DNA of 60,479 nucleotides, counting the filler, from Jimgerdemannia flammicorona (Eukaryota): the NCBI GenBank assembly GCA_003990765.1. It is 3 parts of 3 records of this genome, joined end to end, with 100 filler letters (N's around TTAATTAATTAA, not from the genome) between each part and the next. Parts side by side here need not be neighbours in the genome. Positions count along the whole stretch, not along the records: positions 20,195 to 40,287 come from RBNJ01001760.1; 2 more parts are not named here. One strand, given 5' to 3'. A program made the position numbers and the translations under genes. Under the pieces are notes generated by a model. The model did no database searches. It worked only from the letters and a program-made list of their open reading frames with translations, and was not told the origin of the DNA. The first letter of the stretch is position 1. Every line of letters begins with the position of its first letter. This document shows, piece by piece, positions 23,301 to 35,172 of the stretch.

Positions 23301-25133
23301 CTACAACTCATCTCTGCCCTTCTTCTCCTCAACCTTCTCCTCTACCTCGACGACTTCCATCTCACCCTCAAACTTCCAGCTACCAATCCTTCCTCCCTTG
23401 ATATCCTCTAACCATTTCTGCACGCCCTGTTCTTCCCACGCGCCGATGAAGGGCCTGTACATCTTCTTTCCCGGGTGCACTATAACCATGGCAGGGAAGT
23501 CCGCAGGGATGTCAAACTTGCTTATGATCTTGTCCGCACGCGACGCGTCGATCCACAAGAAGCGGAAAGGCGACTGCCCGGGCCCAAGATCAAACGCGCG
23601 TCGCTTGAGAGATGTAAGCAAGGGGAAAGTGGTCGCGTGCGCCGCGGCCGTCAACGGGTCGTCCGGGTGCAAAGTTGGAAGGATCGTCAGGACGCACAGA
23701 CCAGGGAGAGAGAGGCAGTGGGTCGTGAGCGCGGATTGAGAGGTGATCTCGGTAATTGTCGGGTCAACTGTGATGGAGGATTTGAGAAAATGTTTAGGAG
23801 GACGAACGAGATTGCTCAAAAACACCACAACCGCGCACTCTCGTCCACAAAAAACTACCCCTTACTCACATTCAACCTTCTTCGGCTCCTCCTTCGGCTC
23901 CTCCTTCGGCTCCTCCTTCGGCTCCTCCTTCTTCTTAGCCGCCTTCGCGAACCCTTCGAGGAACTTTCTCAATTCTGCCTGCTTTATCTGGCCATCATAG
24001 ACAACGCCCTCACCGCCGGCCGGGATGACGACGACGGTGGGGAACGCTTTGACGCCGAACTGGTCAACGACGGCTAGTTCCGTATTACGTACCTCGCCCA
24101 GCAGCATGCGGTTGTTGAAGTCCACTGAGAGGGCCTTGTATAGCACCGGCGTTGTGGGCTTGTTGGTGAAGAGGAGAGTTTTCGGGAGGGTCGCGTTCTA
24201 TTTGGGGTGAGAGAGTGTGTGTGTGTGTGAGTTCTGGCGAGAGCGAGGTTGACTACCCAAATAAAAACCGAACGTGTTTTACCTCGGTCGCCAGGAAGTC
24301 GTCAATGGAGACAGTCTTCTGGGAGGCCTTGCCGGTGATGATACTCTTGACGAAGCGCACGTTGGATGGCATCATCGAAAGGAGGTAGTCAACAATGGGC
24401 TTGGCTTCGCGCGGGCCCTGGTAGTCTGCGTGTTAGGGGGGGGGGATATTCGTCGAGTGTCAATCAACCGTCGCACGAGACCAAAAAAAAAAAAAAATTC
24501 TGGGAACCAAAAGGACATCCTACCAGAGGGCTTCTTGATGAACACGCCGGGGTTCTTTTTGTCTTCCATGAGCTCCGGCGGGAAGACCTTAATGGTAGGG
24601 AATCCTTGGACGTCGAAGTAGCTACACATAGGTTTGTTGGCCTCAACGTCGCAGTTGACAGCGGCGACCTTCACTAGACCATTGAGGTTCGCGGCGGCTT
24701 TATCCCAGTCGGGGGCGAGACTTTGTGCGTTGGGAAGGGGAGAAGGTGTTAGTTGGACGGGCATGGGGAATGACAAGAAGGGGGAAAGAAATGTCGGGTA
24801 AAAGATAGACGTACCGCTGGCAGTAACCGCACCAGGGGACGTAGAACTCGAGGGCGACGAGGTGCTGCGAGACGAGGGGAGTTGTGAATTCGATGTAAAG
24901 TTATAGGGTGCATATGTTCAAACAATCAATAATATGGCAGCCATCCGCACAGTGGCGTGGACAGCGAGCCCGGGTTCCAAAGGTTCCGCTCCGCGACCTA
25001 CCTCGGTCTCAGTAATCTCCCTCTTGAAGTTCTTTGGAGTGATCAGGACGACGGGACTGCCGGCACTGTACAAGGCGTGGGCGTTACTGACGAGGGCGGA
25101 TAGGGATAGGGCGGCGATGGCGGTGAGTTTCAT
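23301..25133 (-). CDS. Protein disulfide isomerase family (Mpd1/PDIA6-like) ER protein; exons 25133-25002, 24864-24815, 24720-24524, 24425-24283, 24197-23870, 23767-23301
   Basis: Signal peptide MKLTAIAALSLSALVSNAHA, thioredoxin site EFYVPWCGYCQ, AAVNCD…VQGFPTIKVF, DYQGPREAK, further Trx-like domains and C-terminal RDEL. All introns are GT-AG with compatible phases. Confidence 0.9.
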
Positions 25134-27889
25134 TGTTGTTCCAGAGAGGGTGGCTCGGGAAGAGACGCGAGTCAGCTTTTATAGTGTGGATGTGACTGCA
25201 TTTGTACCTGGCATTTCTTCATTGGTCACTATCCTCCATTTTAATAAATCCCGAAACCAAATAGATACACAGACCTATTATCTGGGTCACCGTCACGTTA
25301 ATTGTCAGAAAATGGACTTTATTTATATTACAGCGTTACGGATGGATTTCATTATATCAGTACTAGGTAATTCCAAGCTACTAGTATGACTAGCATTGCC
25401 ATACTCTAAAGCATGACCGTAGGAGGATCCCACGAGCTACATTGTAATCATGGTCGATGCAAGTCCACATGCTTAGATCTTGTTGAGACAGTGGACGCCA
25501 AGATTTAGAAATCAGACGTTGAGGCCTCCCGCTTGGGTTTCGCAGGAGGCAATCACGTCCTTTTCGTAGGCCCAGATTAATATCCATTGTTTCTGTATAT
25601 TCAAGTTCTTGTGGAACAGGCTCGGGTGGAGGCTTGGATGGAGGTAGGGTTGACGTTATTGGCATGTAGAAATGGATAGACGCCGCTGTGCCAGAGACGA
25701 AGTATGTTTGATGGGCAGAAAGAAGGGTCATTTGGGAGGTTTTTTGTAGTTTCTCAGGACGAAAAGGAAAAAGGCAAGGCAAGATGAAATGGAACAATGC
25801 GAGCCAAGATGAAAAGGGAGCGATACCTTACAAAATGATAAAGAGAAACGCAAGGCAAGAAAAAAAAGGAGCAAAGAGCAATGCGAGTACATTGGCCGTC
25901 AATCCATCAATAGCCAAAGAGGGACCGTTAGCCATATTATTGAATTGTACGACACAAAAAATTATGGCACACAAGGGGATGAATGAACGAAGAAAAGTTC
26001 GCAGCGCTCTTCAGTGCCGTTGTCGCCATCTCGGATTATGGGCGTGTTAGATGATAGCGACACATATGACGCAGGACGCTCGTAATGTAAAATATATATC
26101 CACCAGTTTTCTTTCTTCACCATTGGTTAGGCGCAATTCAATGACAAGATATAAGTCTAACATACGAGGCGAATATGAATAACCAACTGACTGGTAGGCA
26201 CTATGGGTTTACCTGACATGCGACGAATCTAATATACACAGCACCAACGCACAACACACCCTGGGCCCAAGCGCGTCTAGATGTTAGACCATATAGTTAA
26301 TGCGCAAGACGTGTCGAGTTTGGTGTGCTACAGAACACAAATTGTAGAACAGCCAGAGCGATGTGATTCTGAAACGGAAGTGCGGTACGTTTAGGTGTAT
26401 CTGACGCTTAAATTCATCATGTTTCATTCAGATAGAGGCACAGGTCAGAGCCCCTTGACAGATGACCCAAACCTCTATTACTGTCAGTTGAACGTTCCAT
26501 TGCAAAGTACAGGTTTGGCGCTGTAATGGTTGGGGTACATATTGATCACTTTAAAACGCTGTGCTCTCCATAGATTACCGAACTCCGCATTTTATTTTAT
26601 TTTATTTTATTTAAAAAAACAAGTGATCAAACAAGTTGACTTTCGGTGAATGCCTTGTCCCACAAAGTCAAGATATTGACAATAGGCCATAATAACTCAA
26701 CTACGGGATCAGTATGACGAGTCCGAACTAACGGCTGTCGATCCCGAAAAGCTACCCTAGTACGACGAGGAGGAGCTGCGCACGTAGATCGAGCAGGACG
26801 TACCCCCTCGCCACTACCATTTTCCCCGGCTTTCATAATTCTAACCTCATTTCCCACATCGCTACTACGCCCTCTACCCCTTCTGTCACCGAGAACGCAC
26901 TCACTCTCTTGTCTGTTCTCTCGCCTGGTATGATTTCCAGCCAGAGTCAGTCCCCTCTTACTCCAGCGAATTCCCCCCTCACAATTCCAACAATCAGCGT
27001 GCAAAGTAACCCTGCGGTTGTCTCCACAGCTTGCGCTTCCTCACAAGGGAAACCCACCCACGACGTTTCCAATATCTACACAGTACACGAGCCGAAAATC
27101 TTGATACCTGCCTCGGCCCCAGTCTCAACATTCATACCCCCTTGAACTCCATAGTTTCCTCACCTTCAATGGATCTTCCCGTTCTCACCTATAGTGAGGC
27201 TTCGATGGGCAATAAAATGCAGCACAATCTCTTTCTTTCGCCGACGATACCTGCTGTCGCCACGCCGAAGTGAATTTGAATGAAGGAAGTGAGATAGGTT
27301 CGGTGATAAGCTCTACACCCTCATCGACTACAGCCCTGTCGACGGCGTCCGCGGCGGGCATTACAGAGAGCCGTTGCTCGCTGACGCGGCTCACTTGTAT
27401 TATGGCGAGCTATGCGATTTTATGGCGGCGCTTTGGTAGCAGGTTTATGGAGTCGAGGGAGATTGTGCTGGTTTTTCCGAAGCTAAATTTGGTTATTGCG
27501 CAGGTAACGTTGTATTTTAAATATTGTAACGTGCCGGCTCAATAGAGGCAAATTACAAGGTGGGGCAGCTATGCAAATCAGCTTGAAAGGGAGAGTCATG
27601 ATGTTCTTAATATCTTATAGTAGAGTTTTATGTTGCTTTACAGGGACTTTGTCTTGATAGTAGATCAGATTATCCTCAATGATATATATATCCTTGAGCT
27701 CATTTGAAAAGACTCTAGTAGCAATAGTATCTTTCTTATAGGCTTATCTGATTTGATCTAGGAACTCTGGTGCCAAGGTAACTTACATTATTATGATAAA
27801 GTCCTCAGGCACACTATAAATGAGTACTGCCAAAAAAGGAAAATACACTAATTGAGCAGGAGTGAAGAGAATGAAACAGAAGGACAGGA

Positions 27890-28760
27890 GAAGAAGGTAT
27901 CAGAGGTGGGACAGGCTTCTGTTGGACAGTGTACCACTGGTAGATTTTGACATTAGTGAGGGTGTTGGGTATCAGCAGAGAGTGGGTTAGGATCTGTGAT
28001 CTTTGGGTTGGCAGACAGTGGGTATTGGCAAGGCTTGGGACTGGACTGGAGTCTGGTCTTGATATACTGAGATACAGTAGTGGCTTCTTTCTAAGTTCTG
28101 GATAGTGTGGTAGTGTATTTTGAGGAGGAATATTATGTTGAACTTTCAGTCAGAATATTTAATAGTAAGTGGAAGTTTTGAGTATAAGGATTACTTTAAT
28201 ATAAAATAAGTGAGAGAGATTATACAGATGCCTAAATATTAACTAAGTAAGTATAAGATACTTAGTGACTTCTGGAAAATAGTTGGAGATTATCTGGAGA
28301 TATGACAGTATACTGATAGAGAGAGGGGTAGATGGGGTAACTTGAAGAAGAGATTGGTAGAGTATATTAGTAATGAGTGACTCACTATAGGGTAGATATT
28401 AATAATATGAGTGGGGTTAACTGGACACTGGCTATTTGTCTTTGAGAATGAGAAGCAGATGATCTTGGAGAAAAAGGTAGTGAGGTAAGAGAAGTTGATA
28501 GTAGATATTCTATCTAGCTGATAGAGAGAGTGAGGCTCTCAGAAAAGTTGCTATTAGTGCCTAATAGAAGTAATTTGTGAGAAAAATTATAAGTGAGTCA
28601 CTGTGATTAATGGTATAGTTATTTTTAAGAGAGTAAGTATGGGAGAGAGAGTGTGTATTAAAGTGGAGTAAAGTGAGATAGATTAGATTAAGACTATTAG
28701 TATAGTATGAGAACTGTATATTTATTATAAACTAGTTAATAAAAGAGCCTCATATCTGGA
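27890..28760 (+). mobile_element. Decayed 3' fragment of LINE ORF2 related to the L1/Tx1-like family
   Basis: 27905-28100 (GGGACAGGCTTCTG…TGGCTTCTTTCTAAGTTC) aligns with 40095-40287 (GGGACAGGCTTCTA…TGGCTGCCCCCCAAGTTC). Ends near a (TA)n run. Confidence 0.6.
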
Positions 28761-29782
28761 TATATATATATATATATATATAAAAGAGAAGGAGATATTA
28801 AAATAAGTAGTAAAATAAAATATTAAATTGGCTGAATGAAGTATATACTTCCCAGGCCTACTCTCACTTATAGTAAAGAAGGCTATATTTAATCATATTA
28901 TACCAGAGTTGAGAGGAGTGTGTGAAAATAACTTGAGAGCTATGTACTACTAGAGACTAATGTTATATAAAGTACTGATACTATACTACTGTTCAGCTAG
29001 GTAATGAAAGGAGGGAGATCACTACTCTTCAGTAAATAGAGGTATCTCTGAGATATACTAACTAAGTATACTATTGCTAGAGTAAACTAAAACAAGTAGT
29101 TAGAGAGAAGATATCAGGGGAAACTCTAGCTAAAACTATACTATATATATTAAAACAGGCTATTCTAGACTTCTTCCATCTCAGAGACTTTGCTATAGTT
29201 TGAACTATATTTATAACTCTGACAAGATCTGAGTATTTTAATAAGATATCTGATACTATAAGTATCTTACTAGACTTATAAATGATTATTAGATTAAAGA
29301 TTTGAAGCTTTTGGCTCTACTTAGCTCTACTTGACTTATTGATATGATAGAGTAAATTAGTAGTCAGTAATGATATTAAACTTAATATCTTCTAAATAAT
29401 ATCTCTAGTAGTTTAAGATATATATATATATATAATTATTATATAGTAGTTTCTTTTTATAGATAGCTAACTTCTGTTTAGCTAGTAATAGTTTTTACAA
29501 CTTGAAGATAATAGATTAGTATTCTTTTCTAGTACTCAGAACTACTCTAATAGTAAAATTAAAAATATTAATAGTAACTATAAATTTTAGATTTGAATTA
29601 GAATTTTGTAAGACTGAGATATATAGATAATTCTTGAGTTCTTAGAATATTTATTAACAAAAAATTCTCAAATATAAGATATATATATAATGTTCTGAGT
29701 GTGACATCTTCTTTATTAGATTTGTAAGAGATTTAGTAATTTTAGAAATATTTCTAACAAAGCAGCAGTATATAATAACTAG

Positions 29783-31228
29783 TGTCATGTAGTGGTCACT
29801 GAGTTCTTCAAATATGCCAGATTCTCTTCAAGATATATCTCTTAGACTAACTCAAGTTGTTATAAGCAAGTTCTTATTGGGGTACCTTCCCAAGGTCTTA
29901 TAGTCCTCAAACTTCTTATCTTTAACTGTCTTGTTATCTTTTAGATTGCTTGCAAGGAAGTGTGTGTAAGTGAAACCAGAACTGACTTTATTTCAGAGGA
30001 AATAAGAGGGGTATTTATACAAAATACAATTTAATGGTTGCTAAGATATAAAGCTAAATATAAATTCCAATAACTAAAACTACTAAGTCCCAGAGTTGGT
30101 ACTGATGGTTGTACAGGTTCAGGATGCTGGCATTATTTAGTATCACATCAAAATGCTGGTGCTGGAACAATTTTGTATCACCTCAGAATACCAGTGCTAG
30201 CATTATCTAGTGTTATATGAGAATACCAGTGCTGACATTATCTAGTGTAATAAAGAACTTAGAGCAGAAAGTTCAGGATCATGAGGGCTTCATCATCATC
30301 ATCACTGAAGGAGATGAGATCTACAAATTCATCATATAGGTCATGCATTTCACGTACTTCATGTACTTTGGGTATATTATGTGGGATGATGTCATCAATA
30401 ACATCATTATGTTTGGCTGTAGCGGAGAAATCGGGGACAAGGTCTGGAGCTCTCCAGTCTATGAGGTTCTCTTCTACAAAATAAGGAACAAATGTGGGGT
30501 CTTGGGGAGATCTAACCCAGATACTTGGGCCTTGGAATACTGAGATCAATCCTTGCAGAAATTGATTTGGGTTGTCCTGAAGGATAGAGTGCCAGAAGTC
30601 TTCTACTTCTTCACTGTTGAGGGTGATGGTGGACCGGGCTTCTGTGGCCACTCTGGCTTCTAGTACATTGATACAGTGGGATGATAGGTCTCTGAAGTCT
30701 GAGACTCTAACATACTCCAAGTTGGGGATCAACCATGATACATGTCTAAAGATCTGATGGATCTTCTTAGCTGTCCTTGTTTTGTATATATCTATGGGAG
30801 TGGCATCTTGTAGCTCTTGGGTGCTGGCCTCTGGGAACTCCTGGCAAGGAGGTTTCCTATTTCATACTCCTGCCACATTTGGAGGTATTCAGTAGCAATG
30901 GTGATCCTTGTTTCCATTTTATGGCGATAGAGAATAAAGTGATAAGGGTCTGCAGTACCCAGGTTGACACTAGGAGTCCTTCTTGAGCAGGTCCTCATGG
31001 CTCTTCTGATGTCTTGGAATATCCTTTCCTCAACTGAGATACCTTAGTGATTCCTTGACCTTAAGGTTTGGCAGGCAGCAGGCATTTCGTTTGTGGTAAG
31101 TCTTTGAGCTATTTTGGAATTAGTAGTTCTTATTGGTTACTGCTACTGCAGTTCCTTGATCCTTCTTTTATATTCTTCAGGATGCTTGTGCTGTGGTCAC
31201 AATGACTTATAGTTGGTCATCATTGCTC

Positions 31229-31265
<37 letters not shown>

Positions 31266-34200
31266 TCATTGCTTATCTCATATGCTGTATGATCTTCTTG
31301 TACTCTAATCTGGTGGCTTGTAAGAAAAGGCTGTCTCCTGTGCTAATGTCATCATTCTGGGGTCACCATTATATCTTCCTCCTGAATAAGAATCTTCCTG
31401 AGCATCCTTATTCATTGGTCCAGTCCTGAAAAATTTGCTGATCCCATAATCTCTGGCAAGGGATCAAAAACTGGTGCTTATGGGCTGGCGTCTTCCCTTT
31501 GTATTTTGGCATGATAGTGAAGGGTCACTCCCTTCATATAGAGCAAGGACCTGATTCTGATCTTGACCAATCAGTTGATGGTTCGAACTCCTCTGACTGC
31601 AAAAGTCTCACAGATGAGTAGTTGCCAGTACTGTATCCCTTAGAGAATGGTCCAGACAGATAGCCTGCTGGTCATAGGACATGCTGTTATGATTCGTGGA
31701 CTAGAACCTCATGGGTAGTCATTACATTTTGCTTCTCTTATATAGGTTCATGGTACTTCTTGAGTCTGTTCCTATGTACCATAGTAGGCAGTATGGTCCC
31801 TGAGATTTTTCTAAGCCAGAAGGTAGTTTCCTTGATATCTTGCACATAGAAGGGTCCTTCCCATTTGGGCTCCAGTTTTCGTGACTATGAGGCTTCTACC
31901 ATATTTTGATACAGTAGAACTTTTTCTCTGATTCAGATGAGTTCTAGGGCCTTGTGATTCTTTTCTGCATTCTTTCTTATCAGCGCTTGTGACTTGGTGA
32001 TATAATCTTCAGCCTTCTTCCTGATTTGGTATAGTCTCCAGATTTCTGCATCAACCCATCTCCAAGTTAGGTCTAGATTTGTGGCTAAGGTTCTATCAGA
32101 ATCTTCTTCTCCGAAGAGCAGCTCTCTTGGGGTAAAATGTGTGCTCTGTAATCATATGTCTCATAAAACAGAGAGGGCAGTTGGGAGATAGTTATCCCAA
32201 TTCTCATATATCTCTGAGATCTTCACTAAGATGTTCTTGAGGGTCTTGTTGGTTCTCTCTGTCTGTCCATTTCCTTGAGGGTGGTATGTGGTGGTCTTGA
32301 TATGCTGAATCTTATATTTCTGATACATTATCTCATAGAATCCATTGACAAATTCTGTGCCACAGTCTGTTGTGATTTGCTTTGGTGTCTTGTAGTGGCA
32401 GATGATTTCTCGGTATAGGAAGTTGGCTATAGAGAGGGCATTGGCTTCTTGTAATGCTCCTGCCTCTATCCATTTGGTGAAGAGGTCTACAATAACTATA
32501 ATATAGTGGTTTCCTGATAGTGTTACTGATAGTGGTCTAATAATATCCATTGCGATGTAGTGGAAGAGGATAGGCTCAATTCTTGATGATCCAGGTGCCT
32601 GGTCTTACTGATCTTGTTTCTGTTTTTGGCACTTGTCACACCCTTTGACAAATTGGTGCAGGTCTTCTTCCATCTTGGGCCACCACATGGTTCTTCTTAC
32701 CTTGTCATATGTATTGGTTTCTCCTAAGTGTCCTTGCTTATGTACTTCCTTCATTACTTGATACTTTTTGTGTTCAGGTATTACTAGCTTTCCTTCTTTT
32801 CTGAGTGTAGTGTTGTCTAATTCAAACTATTTCCAAGTCTGGTTAATGATAGTGATTGTCCAGGGTTCGAGGTGATTGGACATCTTTCGCTGCCCAAGAT
32901 AGCTGATTAATCCATAGTATAGCTCCTTATTTATGTTGAGTAGTCTTGATGGGAGTGTTTCAGGGTGTCCTTGAGAGTGCATCGGCATTGGTGTTGGTCT
33001 TTCCTGAGTGGTGCTTGACAGTACAGTCATACTCTTACAGCCTGTAGATCTATCTGGCATATATTCCTTTGGGGTTCAGAGTGTGGAATAGCCAGGCAAG
33101 AGCAGAATGGTCTATTTGAATGGTGAAGTGTTTTCCAGCTAGGTAGTAGTGGAACTTGTCTACTGTCCAAACTATCGCTAAGCATTCAAGCTTGCATGAC
33201 TCATAGTTCTGTTCTGCTCCATGAATACCTTGGCTTACATAGGAGATGACATATTCATGTCTATCTTTCTTCTGAGCTAGGACTGCTCTAAGTCATATAG
33301 CACTCGCATCTGTCTGCAGGATGAATTCTAGGTTCCAGTCTGATCTTCTGAGGATGGGTGCTTGGGTCAACCTGGTCTTGAGTTCATTGAAGGTTTCTTG
33401 GCACTCCTTGGTCCATTTGAATTTGGTCTCCTTCTTCAGTAGCTCATAGATAAGTGCTGCAATATTGGAGTATCCTTTGATGAATCTTCTGTAGTAGCTG
33501 GCCAGTCCAAGGAAGGCATGGACTTCTGTGGTTATTCTGGGTCTTGGGTAGGCTGCAACAGCCTCAATCTTCATAGAGTCTGTGTGGATTCCAGTCTGAT
33601 TGATGAGGTGTCCTAGGTAGGTGATTTCTTGAGCTGCAAACTTACATTTCTTGGGCTTGATGTAGAGGCCATGCTCCTTGAGCCTCTTGAGGGCTAGCTG
33701 TATGTAATTGACATGTTCCTGTGCAGTGTTGCTGAAGATGATCACATCATCAATATAGACAAAGAGCCATTTTCCAATCTTGTTGCTGAAGACTCTATTC
33801 ATCATTCGCTGGAAACTTGCTGGGGCATTGTACATTCTAAATAGCATTTACAGATAGATATAGGTGGCATCAGGTGTGATGAAGGCTGATTTCTCACTGG
33901 CATCTTGAGTGAGACCAATCTGATGGAAGCCTGAGAACAGATCCAAGATGGTGTAGTATTTGGCTTCACTTCCAAGAGTAGTAAGGATTTCTTGAATATT
34001 CGGTAAGGGCTGCCTATCCTTCTTGGTGATGGCATTGAGTTTCCTGTAGTCAATACAGAGTCTTGGTACAAACTCTCCAGGCTTGCTTCCTTTCTTTGGG
34101 GCAAGAACAATGGGTGAGGCCCAGGGGCTGATAGCTTGCTTGATGATTCTGGCTTCTTCTATTTCCTTGAGTTCAGCTTGCAGCCACTCTCTGTAGGCAG

Positions 34201-35170
34201 GTGGTATGGGTCTGGCTTTCTGGTAGATAGGCTTGGTATCACCAGTGTCAACTTCATGGTAGTACTTGAGTTCTTGATTGTGGATATCTCTAAAGTCTGT
34301 AGCAAGTACTCCTTCATTCTGGTACAGGATCTTGAGACATTGTTCCTCCAAGGGAAAGTTTTCTCCAATGGTATATGTGTGCTTGTTCTGGTCCTTGTCT
34401 TTCTTGTGCTCAAGTTCAGTAATCTTGGTGGCAGCATAGGCTCTTCTTCCAGTAGATCCAAAGCCTTGTTCTCCTCTCTTGGTCTTAATAAGTTCAATGG
34501 CTTCTATGATCTTGGGCTTCTTGATTTCATGGATCAGCATCTGGCCAATCCTGTCATGCTTCTTGACTTCGAAGGGGGTGGTGTGGTTGTGATTTCTGAC
34601 TATGAGAAAAATCTTGCTAGTGTAATCAGGGTCAATTACTCCTCCTTCAACTGAGATTTTGCTTTTGGCCAGACTGCTCCTGGTCTTGATAATTCTGGCA
34701 TGGTTTTCTGACAACTTGACTCCAATTCCAGTGCCAAGTAGGGTAGTGGTCTGTGGTTTAAGGGTAGCATCTTGGATGCTGGCAAGGTCCATTCCTATGG
34801 CTCCTTCAGTCTTGTATTCTGGGATCTTGGCTTCAGGGTGAAACTTCTTGACCTTGAGGGTGATGTCTGATTCTTGTTCCTCCTCATTGTCACTGTCAGC
34901 TTGAAGCTCTGGGGGCTGGTCATCTTCTTCAGCTTTCCTTTTTGCTTTGGCAGCTTCTTGCTCATATTTCTGTTGGCAGATTTTCCTGACTTCGCTGATA
35001 CAGGACCAGCAGTCATTCAGGTGTTCAGAGCAGTACATTCTAGTACCATGAGGGCATCTTCCTTGAGGGGCATACCCATTAATGATCTTGTTATACTACT
35101 GCTCATCTGTGAGCTTGGGTGTCTTGTTCTTGTTCTTGTTCACCAAGTACATGAAGACCTCTGTGTCTTC
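29783..35170 (-). mobile_element. dUTPase-carrying Ty3/Gypsy family B: long 3' LTR (29783-31373), IN, RH, RT and dUTPase, interrupted by a LINE
   Basis: PPT AGGAGGAAGA abuts the LTR at 31373. IN 31738-32934, RT VYIDDVII, dUTPase GMDLAS…GGVIDPDYT…RGEQGFGSTG. The proteins are related to but distinct from family A. Confidence 0.92.
30259..31085 (-). pseudogene. LTR-encoded accessory ORF of family B (copy in the 3' LTR)
   Basis: ATG at 31085. ORF pieces 30792..30998 and 30259..30732 join after a 1-nt deletion near 30846. Homologous to 924-1781. Confidence 0.75.
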
Positions 35171-35172
35171 AC

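Noticed and set aside
25390..27545. Several 70-135 aa ORFs in CpG-rich DNA upstream of the PDI gene
   Set aside because: No recognisable domain or consistent splice model; every frame is interrupted.
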